Positions 21,278-31,502 of a DNA stretch of 64,000 nt are shown in pieces. The position numbers and the translations under genes are program-made. The stretch is from an uncultured Chloroflexia bacterium (lineage in GTDB: Bacteria; Chloroflexota; Anaerolineae; CG2-30-64-16): positions 352,001 to 416,000 of the forward strand of contig CAVZDU010000007.1 in assembly GCA_963774265.1 (NCBI GenBank), in the 5' to 3' direction. Each line of letters begins with the position of its first letter. Position 1 is the stretch's first letter. The notes beneath the pieces were generated by a model. That model was not told where the DNA came from. It saw nothing but the letters and a program-made list of their open reading frames with translations, and ran no database searches.

Positions 21278-22174
21278 TCATCGTTTGCCGGGCGTGCTGA
21301 CAGTACCCGAACCCGCCGTTGCGTTCGCATATTGCGGCCGCGTCAGCAAGTATGAGCTGAGTTTCTGGAGCTGCAACTGCCAGTCTGCCTGCCAGGCAAA
21401 GAGCTCATCGAGCAGGCGCAGCGCGTCCGGTCCGCGGTTGAGTTGATAGAAGATCAGGTCGCAGACCGACAGTCGGCACACCAGGTCCAGGCAGATCAGA
21501 TCGTCGAGCGCCTGTATGACCGCCGCCTCGCTGGCGCCGACTCGGTAGACCAGGTCGCTCAGCTCGACCGCCGACAACTTGAACCGGTACAAGTAGGCCA
21601 ACACGTCGCGCTTGACTGGCGAGTTGAGCGCATTGGCTGCCAGCGCAGCTACCGCCGGCTCCAGCCCCTCGAACACGTCGAAGGCGACTGGGTCTCGCGC
21701 CGTGAGCTGGCGGACGCCAGCCGCCAGGGCTTCAGGCGCGGCCGGCCCCGAGAAGCTGAGGACCACAGTGCGGCTGCCTTGCCGCACGAAGTAGGCGCTG
21801 GCGCCGGACGGCAGGGTCAGCCCCTGGAACGCATCGGGGCCGCTATCGTGCAGAGCCGCCACCATGCCCTTGGCGACCAGCTCTTCCAGGCGGTAATCGC
21901 CTTGTGTCTGCACGACCCGGCCAGCCTCATCGTAGGTGGCAGCGCCCAGGAGCCGAGCCTTAGGCTTCAGCCGACTCAGCACAACGATCGCGGCCGTCAT
22001 CGGGATGGCATACCAGAAATGGCTGGCGAACGCGGCCAGGCCGCCTTGCCAGTTCCCGTGCATCACCAGGAACATCCGCAGCGCATCCAGGCTCCACCCG
22101 GCCAACGCCAGGAAGGCGATCAGAAGCCAGGTGTCTGCCCGGAGGAGTTTCTCACGGATATCAATCCTCATCAC
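21278..22174 (-). CDS. Hypothetical membrane protein with a C-terminal winged-helix-like domain
   Basis: Two N-terminal TMs; C-terminal NSPVKRDVLAYLY..LSDLVYRVG..VIQALDDL..LV..FYQL has a wHTH pattern. Confidence 0.6.
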   Translation of the reverse strand: MMRIDIREKLLRADTWLLIAFLALAGWSLDALRMFLVMHGNWQGGLAAFASHFWYAIPMTAAIVVLSRLKPKARLLGAATYDEAGRVVQTQGDYRLEELVAKGMVAALHDSGPDAFQGLTLPSGASAYFVRQGSRTVVLSFSGPAAPEALAAGVRQLTARDPVAFDVFEGLEPAVAALAANALNSPVKRDVLAYLYRFKLSAVELSDLVYRVGASEAAVIQALDDLICLDLVCRLSVCDLIFYQLNRGPDALRLLDELFAWQADWQLQLQKLSSYLLTRPQYANATAGSGTVSTPGKR

Positions 22175-22251
22175 CAGTCCCTGCGAAGTTCGCCCGCCAG
22201 CGCCGCCAGTTACCCTCCCTCTTTCCCGGTTCCCAGATTGGCAGCGCGGCG

Positions 22252-22533
22252 TCAGTGACAGGCAGCGCTCCCCTTGCCGCCGGTTTGCCCGACGCCGGCC
22301 TCGGTGTCCGGTCGACTGGCGGCGTCCGCCGCGCGGTCATTCTGCCTGCGTCCCATCATCAGCACGTGGCTCAGCGGACAGAGCAAGATCAGGCCATAAG
22401 TTAACACCTGGGGCGCCGGGATCTTCAGCACAAAGATCGCGGCCAGGGCCACCGCTGGGACCAAGCAGCATAGGATCATCAGCAGCACATGCCGCTTGCC
22501 GTGTAACATACTGTGTTCCATGTGCACCCCCAT
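22252..22533 (-). CDS. DUF2933-like small membrane protein
   Basis: HVLLMILCCLVP and LLCPLSHVLMM motifs; ends in CH. Confidence 0.8.
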   Translation of the reverse strand: MGVHMEHSMLHGKRHVLLMILCCLVPAVALAAIFVLKIPAPQVLTYGLILLCPLSHVLMMGRRQNDRAADAASRPDTEAGVGQTGGKGSAACH

Positions 22534-22641
22534 TCGGTCGGGCGAAGTGGCGTCTGGCGAGCAAATCCGCGCCGAATGGCCGCGGCATGCCAGAACGGTT
22601 CACGGTTAGCGAACGCCGCGTAAGCCAGCAGTCGAAAGCGT

Positions 22642-22860
22642 TCAGCGCGCAGGAAAATCGCGGGAAATGTCAGGCTCATCGTCAACGGCCAGCAGCGCCA
22701 TCAGCCGCCGGGCCAGTAGCACCAGCGCCAGCAGTCCGGTCGGGGCCACGAGCCACACCGGCGCGGCCAGGTAGAACACCGCGACGAGCGCCGCCAGCGG
22801 CACCAGGCAACACACGGCGAGCAGCAGGACGAGCGTCTTGGAAATGGTCTGGTTGTGCAT
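22642..22860 (-). CDS. Small membrane protein with a CCLVP motif
   Basis: GAGGTG RBS, two TMs, LAVCCLVP similar to the downstream gene. Confidence 0.55.
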   Translation of the reverse strand: MHNQTISKTLVLLLAVCCLVPLAALVAVFYLAAPVWLVAPTGLLALVLLARRLMALLAVDDEPDISRDFPAR

Positions 22861-23057
22861 GGCCGTCTTCACCTCACCCCTGATATGCTCAGGCTTGTGA
22901 AGTCGATCATAGTACAAAGCTGGTGCGCTGTGCAGCGCCAGGCGGCGGGTCTTGTGCTCAGCCATTCGGCGCGGTTGTGGGAAGCGGAACGAGGGGGCCG
23001 TTGCGCTGCGGGAGGAGGTGCATTTGAGCGATGGCAGATGGGCGATCGGTGGGCAAT

Positions 23058-24779
23058 TCAACGGAGCAGCGGGAGCTGCGCTGTAATAGTGACGCCCTGA
23101 CCGGGGCTGGACGTAATCGTGAGCTGCCCACCGTAGAGTAGAACACGCTCGCGCATGCCCATCAGACCGAAGTGGCCCTGGTGGGCCAGGTCAGCCGGCT
23201 GCTCCGGCGGGGTAAAGCCGACGCCATCATCCCCTATGACCAGGGTGAGCGTAGCGGCTGCAAAGGTGACTTCCAACCAGGCTCGGCTGGCCTGGGCGTG
23301 AGCGGTCACGTTTGCCAGCGCCTGCTGCACGATGCGATAGGCGGCCAGTTCCAGATCGGAGGCCAGGCGAACCACCTGACCATGCACCGCTAGATGTACG
23401 CTCAGGCCATACCGCTCCTCGGTCTGGTGCGCCAGCATCTCGAGCGCGGGCACAAAGCCGAGATCTTCCAGGTAGATCGGTCGCAGGTCGCCGATGATCC
23501 GGCGCAGGCTCGCGACCTCCTCGTCAATCAGGCTGTTCAGCTCCTGGAGCCGGGCCTCGACACGGGCCGGGTCGCGGCCGAAGGCTTTCAACGCCATCTG
23601 GCCGCGCTGCTTGAGAGCGATGAGGCCCTGGATGGTGACGTCGTGCAGCTCGTGGGCCAGGCGGGTGCGCTCCGCCTCTTGGCCTTGGGTGATGGCGCTC
23701 AGGTAGTCCCGCATGCCACTCTGGTAGGACCGGATCCGCTCGGCCATCTGGGCCAGGGTGACGCGCAGGTCGTCTATTTCCTGCACGCCACCCACCGGCT
23801 GCTCGACTGCGTCGAAGTCCCCCCAGGCGACCCGCGCGGCCCGCCGATCCAGCTCCTGCAATGGCCGCACAACGCTGAGCACGCCGAAAGAGACAGCCAA
23901 CAGCGCGACCACTGCCACGAAGAGCAGGAGCAACGGCAGCACCTCGACCGCGCTCATGCCCATCGCGGTGATCGTGTGGACATCCTCGACGGTCGCCAAG
24001 GTCCAGCCCGGGGGTTCCACGTGCGCATAGGACACGAGCAGTTCCCGACCCTGGCGATCGCGCAGATAGGTCGAACCGGTGCTGGCCGGTGGCAAGCTGC
24101 CCAGCACCGCCGGATCCACAGCCAGACCGGCAGGGTCATGGTGGTGAACGCGCCGCCCGGTCTGGTCGAGGACGAACATGGCGCCCTGCATCTCGCCCTC
24201 TAGCAGCAGGTTGCTTTCGGCCAGGCTCAAGGCCTCCACCGGCAGCGCGCCGACCAAGACTTTCCCGCCGGACGCCGGCACGGCAATCAACAAGCGCGCG
24301 GCATCGTCACTTGACAGATCAGTCTCGTATTGCGTCTGGCCGACAGCCGCTGCGCGCGCGGCCAGGAGACGCGCCGTGTTGCTCGCCGCCCAAGCAGTTG
24401 CGGCCGGCGAAGCGGCCACGAGTGCGCCCTGGTCGTCCAGCCAGGCCAGACCACCGGTGAAACTGCCAATAGCATCAAGTGGTTGATCGGATAGGGTCGC
24501 AGGGAGCTCGGCAGCGGGTAATGTCGCCGCCAGGCGGGCCAGCACGGCAACCTGTTGCGCGATCTCGCGGCCTAAGCGGTTCGCTTCGGCGGCCGCCACG
24601 CCCCGGTCGCGATCTTCTACCAGGCGCGTCATCGCCTGCCGATGGCGCGTGACACCGGCGAGTGACAGTACGATCAACACCACTGCCAGCGGCAGGATGG
24701 TCCAGAGCAACAGTTGAGCGCGGAGACCGCGCAGGAGCCGATGGCGCCCGCGTGGCGGTCCGGTTGAATCAGGCGTCAT
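23058..24779 (-). CDS. Sensor histidine kinase (Cache-HAMP-HisKA_3)
   Basis: ERTRLAHELHD H-box, YRIVQQALANV, DDGVGF, GLMGMRER. Confidence 0.92.
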   Translation of the reverse strand: MTPDSTGPPRGRHRLLRGLRAQLLLWTILPLAVVLIVLSLAGVTRHRQAMTRLVEDRDRGVAAAEANRLGREIAQQVAVLARLAATLPAAELPATLSDQPLDAIGSFTGGLAWLDDQGALVAASPAATAWAASNTARLLAARAAAVGQTQYETDLSSDDAARLLIAVPASGGKVLVGALPVEALSLAESNLLLEGEMQGAMFVLDQTGRRVHHHDPAGLAVDPAVLGSLPPASTGSTYLRDRQGRELLVSYAHVEPPGWTLATVEDVHTITAMGMSAVEVLPLLLLFVAVVALLAVSFGVLSVVRPLQELDRRAARVAWGDFDAVEQPVGGVQEIDDLRVTLAQMAERIRSYQSGMRDYLSAITQGQEAERTRLAHELHDVTIQGLIALKQRGQMALKAFGRDPARVEARLQELNSLIDEEVASLRRIIGDLRPIYLEDLGFVPALEMLAHQTEERYGLSVHLAVHGQVVRLASDLELAAYRIVQQALANVTAHAQASRAWLEVTFAAATLTLVIGDDGVGFTPPEQPADLAHQGHFGLMGMRERVLLYGGQLTITSSPGQGVTITAQLPLLR

Positions 24780-25437
24780 CCAACACTAGCCAGCCCAGCT
24801 TCAGCGCCTTCGTCACCGCCTCGGTGCGGCTGGCAACCGCCAGCTTGCCGTAGATGCTGGCTAGATGCCCCTGCACCGTGCGATCGCTGACGCCCAATTC
24901 GGCAGCAATTGCTTTGTTGGTCAGGCCGTGGGCGGCCAGGCGCAACACCTCCAGCTCGCGCTCGGACAGTGGCTCGACCTGCTCGGCGGCCGCCGCCGGT
25001 TTGCCGGAGGTCATCTGCGCAACCACCTTAGCAGCGATGTCTGGAGCCAACACCTTGCCGCCGCTCGCGACCGTCTTCACTGCCCGCACCAGGTCGTCAG
25101 GGTCGCTGTTCTTCAGCACGTAGCCGTCGGCGCCGGCGCGCAGCAGGGCGAAAACGTACGGATCCTCATCGTAGGCGGTGAGGATCAGCACCCGGATCTC
25201 AGGGTAGGCGGCCTTGATCTGGCGCGTGGCCTCGATCCCGTTCACGCCGGGCATCTGCACGTCGAGCACGGCCACGGCCGGCCGGTATTCGCCAGCCAGG
25301 CGCACAGCCTCGGCGCCGCCGGATGCCTCCGCCACCACCGTGACCTCGCCGTCCTCTTCCAGGAACTCACGGATGCCTTTGCGCACGATGGCGTGGTCAT
25401 CGGCGAGCAAGACACGCAACGGCACAGAACCCATCAT
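24769..25437 (-). CDS. NarL/LuxR family response regulator
   Basis: LADDH, LDVQMP, LSERELEVL..GLTNKAIA. Confidence 0.95.
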   Translation of the reverse strand: MMGSVPLRVLLADDHAIVRKGIREFLEEDGEVTVVAEASGGAEAVRLAGEYRPAVAVLDVQMPGVNGIEATRQIKAAYPEIRVLILTAYDEDPYVFALLRAGADGYVLKNSDPDDLVRAVKTVASGGKVLAPDIAAKVVAQMTSGKPAAAAEQVEPLSERELEVLRLAAHGLTNKAIAAELGVSDRTVQGHLASIYGKLAVASRTEAVTKALKLGWLVLDDA

Positions 25438-25466
25438 GGCACACCGTCCTCTGTCACGCGACAGTA

Positions 25467-25895
25467 CTAACGTTGAACCAGGGAGCGTCCGCTGGCTTCC
25501 CAGGCGACCATGCCGCCGGTCAGGTCGTAGACGTGCGTGTAGCCCATCTCGACCAACCGCCGCGCGGCGATGTCGCTCATCCGTCCGCTGCGACAGTATA
25601 GCACGATCTTGGCGTCTTTGTCCGGCAGTTGCGCCAGGTGGGCGTCGATCTGATCGTAAGGGATCGAGAGATCGGTTCGCGGCAGGTCACCCTCAAAGGG
25701 AATGTGCACGTTGACCAGGGTGAAATCCTTCGGCCCCGCCAACATCCGAGCTAACTGGTCCGCGGTGAACCGGGTGATCTCTGCGCTGGCAGGGGTGGCA
25801 AGCCGCGCCGTGGTCTGCGGCAGTGGGGCCGCCGCACAGGCGCTCAAGATCACAGCTGCGGCGAGCCACAGCATGACAAGGTTCGGTATCTTCAT
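25467..25895 (-). CDS. Rhodanese-like lipoprotein
   Basis: Lipobox LSAC, active-site [16 protein letters not shown]. Confidence 0.9.
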   Translation of the reverse strand: MKIPNLVMLWLAAAVILSACAAAPLPQTTARLATPASAEITRFTADQLARMLAGPKDFTLVNVHIPFEGDLPRTDLSIPYDQIDAHLAQLPDKDAKIVLYCRSGRMSDIAARRLVEMGYTHVYDLTGGMVAWEASGRSLVQR

Positions 25896-25915
25896 GGCTA
25901 CACTCTAATCTTACG

Positions 25916-25956
25916 AACGAAGCTGCGAGGATCCAACTCATCCTCGCAGCTTCATT
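25916..25956. other. Strong intergenic hairpin (14-bp perfect stem)
   Basis: GAAGCTGCGAGGAT-CCAACTC-ATCCTCGCAGCTTC between the SHOCT and rhodanese genes. Confidence 0.6.
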
Positions 25957-25960
25957 CGTT

Positions 25961-26200
25961 TCAGGCGCTAAGCTTCTGGCGCAGCGCATCGAACTCCTGC
26001 GCTGTGATCTCGCCGGCTGCCAGCCGGCGGCGCAGCGTTTCCAGCGCGGTGTCGGGCGGCGTGCTGCGGCTCGCTCCGCTCTGGCTCGAACGCGTCAGCG
26101 TCACGACCAGCCAGACCGCCAGGCCGATGATCAGCCCCCAGAACAGGAGCATACCCAAGCCGCCCAAGAGGCCCATACCCCAACCCCAACCACCCATCAT
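25961..26200 (-). CDS. SHOCT domain membrane protein
   Basis: MMGGWGWGMG, one TM, ALETLRRRLAAGEITAQEF. Confidence 0.88.
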   Translation of the reverse strand: MMGGWGWGMGLLGGLGMLLFWGLIIGLAVWLVVTLTRSSQSGASRSTPPDTALETLRRRLAAGEITAQEFDALRQKLSA

Positions 26201-26468
26201 AAATCTACCCTCACTTTCTCCAAGAGAGGCGGCATCGTATCACGCGACGCTTCGCACTTTCACCCTATATCATCGCGCAGCCGGGGCGGGGTGCCAGGGC
26301 TTTTTGGCGTAGATCGACATTAGGCCATTCAGCGCGGTCACTGCATGTGTTCCGTGCGCAACGCTATCATCACGCCAAATGGCGCATTCCCATCACGCCG
26401 GACGGCGCTTACCAGCGCGACGCCCGGTTGGTATACTACCGCTGAATGTCCGTATCAGGAGTAACCCT

Positions 26469-26901
26469 TTGACAAAACGACTTTTCCTTCTGCTTCCGGT
26501 CCTGCTGATCAGCAGCCTTTTGCTGGCCGCCTGCGGCGGCGGGCAAGCGAATCCCCAGGTCAAGCTGGCCCCCGTCTCGGCGCTGCCTATGCAGATGCAG
26601 CAAGCTCCTGCCGCAGTCCGCACAGCCTACCAGTTCGCCGTCGACCAACCCGGACGCCCTGCGGAACGTGCCGTGCTACTGCGGCTGCGGCGCCATCGGG
26701 CACAAGAGCAACCTGGCCTGCTACATCAAAGAGTTCGGCGCGGACGGCAAGCCGGTTTTCGACGATCACGCCATGGGCTGCAGCATCTGCGTGGACATCG
26801 CCACCGATGTGATGCAGATGACCGGCGAAGGCAAGTCGCCAACCGATATCCGGCAGCAGATCGTGGATACCTACAGCAAGTTCGGGCCGGCGAACCAGTG
26901 A
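26469..26901 (+). CDS. PCYCGC motif lipoprotein (frameshift near 26645)
   Basis: AGGAG RBS and TTG start, lipobox LAAC, AYQFAV, PCYCGC..GHKSNLACY, HAMGCSIC. Confidence 0.88.
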
Positions 26902-26927
26902 GCACGATGGCAAATGGCAGATAGCAG

Positions 26928-27388
26928 ATGGTGCTGAGCATGAGCCGAACACAATGGTGGGCGGGTGGCATTACCGTGTCACTCGTGCTGTTAACCTTGC
27001 TGGCGCCGCTGCCGGCGATGGGCGCGCCGCCGCAGGAGCGGCACATCACGATCTCGGCCCGCAGCTTTGCGTTCGAGCCAGGCACCGTGCGCGTGAACCG
27101 CGGCGATACGGTGATCGTCAACCTGGAATCAACCGATGTGGTGCACGGGTTGTACGTGGATGGCTACGGCGTCGCGACCCAGGCCGAGCCGGGCCGGCCG
27201 GGGCAAGCTCACCTTTCGTCGCCGACCGGAGCGGAGCCTTCCGCTTCCGCTGCAATGTGGCGTGCGGCAACTTGCACCCGTTCATGATCGGCAAGCTGGT
27301 CGTCGGCCCGAATCTGACCTGGCTGCGGGCGATCGCGGCCACGCTGATCACGGCGGTCGGCGCGCTGGCCGTCTTCTGGAAACGCTGA
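26928..27388 (+). CDS. CuA-type cupredoxin (COX2-like) protein with C-terminal TM (frameshift near 27210)
   Basis: DVVHGL plus CNVACGNLHPFM (H...C-x3-C-x3-H-x2-M). Confidence 0.82.
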
Positions 27389-28750
27389 TGCGCTACGCCA
27401 TTTCGGAGATCCCGGTCATCAAGCGCGTGCTCCGCGTCGCGCTGGCTCCAGTGGAGTCTGACCGCGCTCACGCTGCTTTTCTTCGTGCTGGCGATCATCG
27501 CGGGGCTGGTCGGCACGCCAGCCGGCAACCGCAACTTCGGCATCGTCTTCGTCTGGATCGTCTGGTGGGCGCTGCTGATCCTGCTGCTGGTGCCGTTCGC
27601 GGGCCGGCTGTGGTGCGGCGTCTGTCCCATCCCGGCGCCGGGCGAATGGCTCCAGCGCCGCGCCCTGGTCCAGCCGCGGCCGGGCGGCAAGCTCTACACG
27701 CTGGGCAAGAAGTGGCCCAAGGCCTTGCGCAACATCTGGCTGCAAAACGCCGGCTTCCTGGGTGTGGCGCTCTTTTCCAGCGTCATCCTGACGACGCCCA
27801 TGGCCACGGCGCTGGTGTTGCTCGGCTTCATGATCGTGGCCATCGGCACGAGCCTGGTCTTCGAGCGGCGCACCTTCTGCCGCTACCTCTGCCCGGTCGG
27901 CGGCTTCATCGGGCTGTACAGCCAGGTCGCGCCGATCGAGCTGCGGGTGAAGGACACCGATGTCTGCGCCAGCCACACCGAGAAGACCTGCTACACCGGC
28001 AGCGACGAGGGCTACGGCTGCCCCTGGCTGGTCTTCCCCGGCGGCCTGACGAACAACACCTACTGCGGGCTGTGCACCGAGTGTCTGAAGACCTGCACGC
28101 GCGACAACATCGCCATCTTCGTGCGCCAGCCCGGCGCCGACCTGCTGAAGACCACCGGCCACAAGCTCGATGAAGCCTACAAGGGTCTGATCATGCTGGC
28201 CTGCGCGTTCATCTACTCGACGGTGCTGATCGGGCCGTGGGGCGTGCTGAAGGAAACTGCACGGGCGGTGGGCACGCCGGGCTGGTTTGCCTACGCCGGT
28301 ATCTTCCTGGCGCTGAACCTGGCGATCCTGCCCGGTCTGTTCTGGCTGGCTGTGCGCGGCGGACAACTGATCGGCAGCCCAGCCAAGACCTCCATCCGTA
28401 AGCTTTTCGCCGATTACGCGGCCGTGTTGGTGCCGTTGGGCCTGACCGCCTGGGTCGCGTTCTCGCTGTCGTTCGTGTTGATCAACTTCTCCTATGCCTG
28501 GTCGGTGCTCTCCGACCCGCTGGGCTGGGGCTGGAACCTGCTGGGCACGGTCGGTCTGAAATGGACGCCCTACATCCCAGGGCTCGTGCCCTATCTGCAA
28601 GTGCCGGTGCTGCTGCTCGGCCTGACTGCCGCGCTCGCGTTGGCGCTGCGCACGGCCCGCCAACACGGCCAATCGCCGTGGGCCGCGACGCCAGTGGCGG
28701 TCTTCTGCACCGCCGCGACACTGGGGCTGTTGGGCCTCTACCTGGCCTGA
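27388..28750 (+). CDS. Membrane polyferredoxin (NapH/NosR/FixG-like 4Fe-4S binding protein); frameshift near 27435
   Basis: GRLWCGVCP, RTFCRYLCP, CGLCTECLKTC, multiple TMs. Confidence 0.88.
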
Positions 28751-28787
28751 GGTCGGGCAACGCATAGACAGGGGCATAAGGAAAACG

Positions 28788-29800
28788 ATGGCACGCGGTA
28801 GATCACGGGGCAAGGGAGAGCTTTTTGCGCTGGGCGTTGTCCTGCTGGTGCTCGTGGCCTTCCCGGCCGGCATCTTCGGCTACCAGGCGTGGCGGGTGGC
28901 CTCGGCTGGCGTCAAGGCTGTGGACATCATGGCCCGCGCGCCGGAACAAGGCGGGTTCAGCCCGGATCGGCTGAGCCTCCGGGTGGGTGAGACGGTCGGC
29001 TGCGCATCAGCTCGCCGGACGTGGTGCACGGGTTGACCATCCCTGGCCTGGGCGTCAATGTCGATGAGATCTACCCCGGCAAGGTGGTTGAGGTGGACGT
29101 GACGCCGGACAAGCCGGGGCGTTATGCCTTCGCCTGCACCCGCTGGTGCAGCGTTGATCACTGGCGCATGCGCGGGGTCATCGAGGTGACAGGCGATGGC
29201 CGGCGCGGTCCTGCCGACGGAACAGCCGCCCCTGTTCCAGCAGCTCGGCATCGACATCGACGCCATGCGGCCTGCGGCGCAGGCCACGCCCGAACGCCCG
29301 GCCCTCGATCGCTGCGGGTGCAGCGTTGAACGCGAAGCTGCCGCAGGATCTGACCGACCCGGCCAAGCGCCGCACGCTGACACCCGCCGACGCGTTCCAT
29401 AATCTGCGGGCCGATCCCGCCAACGCCGCGCTGAGCGACGCCGACGTGTGGAACCTGGTGGCCTGGGCCTGGCTCAAGGATGTGCCGCCCGACCGCGCTG
29501 GCGCGCGCCGAGACGCTCTACGCCCGCGACTGCGCGGCCTGCCACGGCCCGGATGGCAAGGGGCAGGGGCCGGCCGGGGTGAATCTGCCCGGCAAGGCCA
29601 AGATGGACCCAGCCATGCCCAAAGGCCCGGCGGACTTCACCGAGGCCGGTGCGATGCTGGCGGCCAGCGACGTGCTGCTCCAGGGCAAGCTGCTGCGCGG
29701 CGGCATGGGCACCGGCATGCCGGAGTTCGGCTCGCTGTATTCCGATGAAGAGCAGTGGGCGATGATCGCCTATCTGCGTACATTTCTGTTCGAGAAATAA
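28788..29800 (+). CDS. CuA cupredoxin-cytochrome c fusion (several frameshifts)
   Basis: N-terminal TM, DVVHGL, CTRWCSVDHWRM, then CAACHG...GTGMPEFG. Confidence 0.8.
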
Positions 29801-29828
29801 CACCACGGCTGACAAGAAGGAGGAATGG

Positions 29829-30345
29829 ATGCCTAGTAAGACCAATCAACTACCGAAGGGCGGGAAGGTCAATACCCCGCCCGCGAAGCGCAACGTTCTG
29901 CCGCTCTATCTGGGCGGCGGCGCGCTGCTGGTGATCATCATCGGCGTCGTGCTGATGGCAAATGCCGGGCGCGGTTCGTCCGGTTCGAGCGTTCCGGCAC
30001 AGGTGACCGGCAAGCCAAGCCTGCCTTGTCGATCGAGAGCAGATCGACTTCGGCAAGGTGCCGCTTGACATACCGGTCAAGGCCACCTTCAAGCTCAGCA
30101 ACGTCGGCGATCAGCCGCTGCAGATCCTGAGCCAGCCGGTCGTCGAAGTCAAGCAGGGCTGCTGACCGCCCAAAGCTGTCGTCGGTTCGACGACCATCAA
30201 GCCCGGTCAGAGCACGGAGCTCTCGATGGAATTCATGATGCACAAGGGCATGGAAGGCGCACACGATTTCCGAGTTAAGGTAAAGACTAACGATCCGGTC
30301 AATCCGGAGCAGGAACTGGTCGTGCTATCGGATTGGGGGAAGTGA
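29829..30345 (+). CDS. DUF1573-like Ig-fold membrane-anchored protein, predicted selenoprotein (TGA at 30163-30165); frameshift near 30025
   Basis: AGGAGG RBS; TM; IDFGKV..FKLSNVGDQPLQI..EVKQGC-TGA-PPKAVVGSTTIKPGQSTELSMEFMMHKGMEGAHDFRVKVKTNDP..SDWGK*. The domain continues in frame past the TGA. Confidence 0.8.
30178..30194 (+). promoter_or_regulatory. Bacterial SECIS-like hairpin
   Basis: GTCGTCG-GTT-CGACGAC perfect 7-bp stem with a G/U loop, starting 12 nt after the in-frame TGA. Confidence 0.7.
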
Positions 30346-30506
30346 TCAAACGGGACGATAAACATGGCTGACGAGCAGACGCGCGTAGAAATGCGGATCA
30401 ACTGACACACGAGAAGCGGCGGGGTCGGCGGTCGTTCTCGGTTAGCGGCCTGGCCCAGCGACCACCACTCGATAATATTATCACTTGGCTTGACACGATC
30501 TGGGGT

Positions 30507-30562
30507 GAGACGTGAAACGTGATTACGCAGCACGCAGCACGCATCACCCATCACGCATCACG
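30507..30562. repeat. Heptamer tandem repeats
   Basis: GAGACGT GAAACGT GATTACG CAGCACG CAGCACG CATCACC CATCACG CATCACG. Confidence 0.65.
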
Positions 30563-31502
30563 CCCCACACACCTTCACCCACGGCTCGCTCAAGTCATAC
30601 TCCGTGAAGCCCAGGCTGGCGTATAGCGAGCCGGCGGCCTCCGAGTAGGAGCCGACCGCGCAGAGGGTGGCGCCCAGGTCGGCCACGCGGCGCAGCCCTT
30701 CGGCCATCAGCGCCCGGCCCACGCCGCGGCGACGGTGGTCGGGATGCGTGCCCACCGGCTCGAACGCGGCCGTGCGGGTCACGTCGTCGAACCAGAGCGT
30801 GCAGAACGCGGCCAGCTCGCCATCGGGTGCGACGGCCACCAGGTCGAGATCGCGGCGGTAGAGCGGCGCGTGCTGCACGTTGCGATACCAGGTCCAGCCC
30901 TCGTACTTCTCATCCGGTTCGTCGGGGTGGAACGCCCGCCACGAGACCCAACTGCGTGCCGGGTGCTCATCCACGTCGCCCAGCGCGCGCACCGTGTAAC
31001 CGGCGGGCGGGGCGAGGTCGGGGATGGCCGCCGCAGCCATGCGGCGGCGCTGATATTCAGGGTAGTCGCCGCGCGTGTAGCCGCGGCGGGCCAGCAGATC
31101 CTGCCGCACCGCATCCGCCTCATGCGCCCAAATGACCAGCCGCCGGCTGTCGTCGGCCTGGGTGACGGCGAACTGCGTCTCGGCGGCCGAGATCATCACC
31201 TCTTCCAGCTCGGCCGAGCGGAAGGCGGGGTGGACCTGCAAGACCGCCTCGCCCGCGCCCTCGGGATGGAGCACGGCCGCCAGCCGGCCCTCGCCGGTCT
31301 CCCACAGGAACACGGCCGCGCCCAGGTCGAACCGGAAGATGTTCTCGTTGACGTGCCAGCGCCAATAGTCCCAGCGGTACAGCGGCCAGCTCGCCTCGCG
31401 GCGACCGTTCAGCAAGAAAACCTCGCGCAGGAACGCGCGGATCGCCCAATAATCATCCTCCGAACGGTATTTGCGGCGGCCTGGGCGCGGCTGGACGCGC
31501 AA
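30558..31502 (-). CDS. GNAT family N-acetyltransferase
   Basis: FEPVGTHPDHRRRGVGRALM acetyl-CoA motif, LYASLGF. Confidence 0.9.
   Translation of the reverse strand: MRVQPRPGRRKYRSEDDYWAIRAFLREVFLLNGRREASWPLYRWDYWRWHVNENIFRFDLGAAVFLWETGEGRLAAVLHPEGAGEAVLQVHPAFRSAELEEVMISAAETQFAVTQADDSRRLVIWAHEADAVRQDLLARRGYTRGDYPEYQRRRMAAAAIPDLAPPAGYTVRALGDVDEHPARSWVSWRAFHPDEPDEKYEGWTWYRNVQHAPLYRRDLDLVAVAPDGELAAFCTLWFDDVTRTAAFEPVGTHPDHRRRGVGRALMAEGLRRVADLGATLCAVGSYSEAAGSLYASLGFTEYDLSEPWVKVCGA

Noticed and set aside
30471-30482. GATAATATTATC palindrome as a Fur box
   Set aside because: It lacks the central base of the 7-1-7 motif and lies between convergent gene ends with no promoter to control.
30507-30562. 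Tandem repeats as a possible CRISPR array
   Set aside because: The units are 7 bp with no unique spacers, and there are no cas genes in the window.
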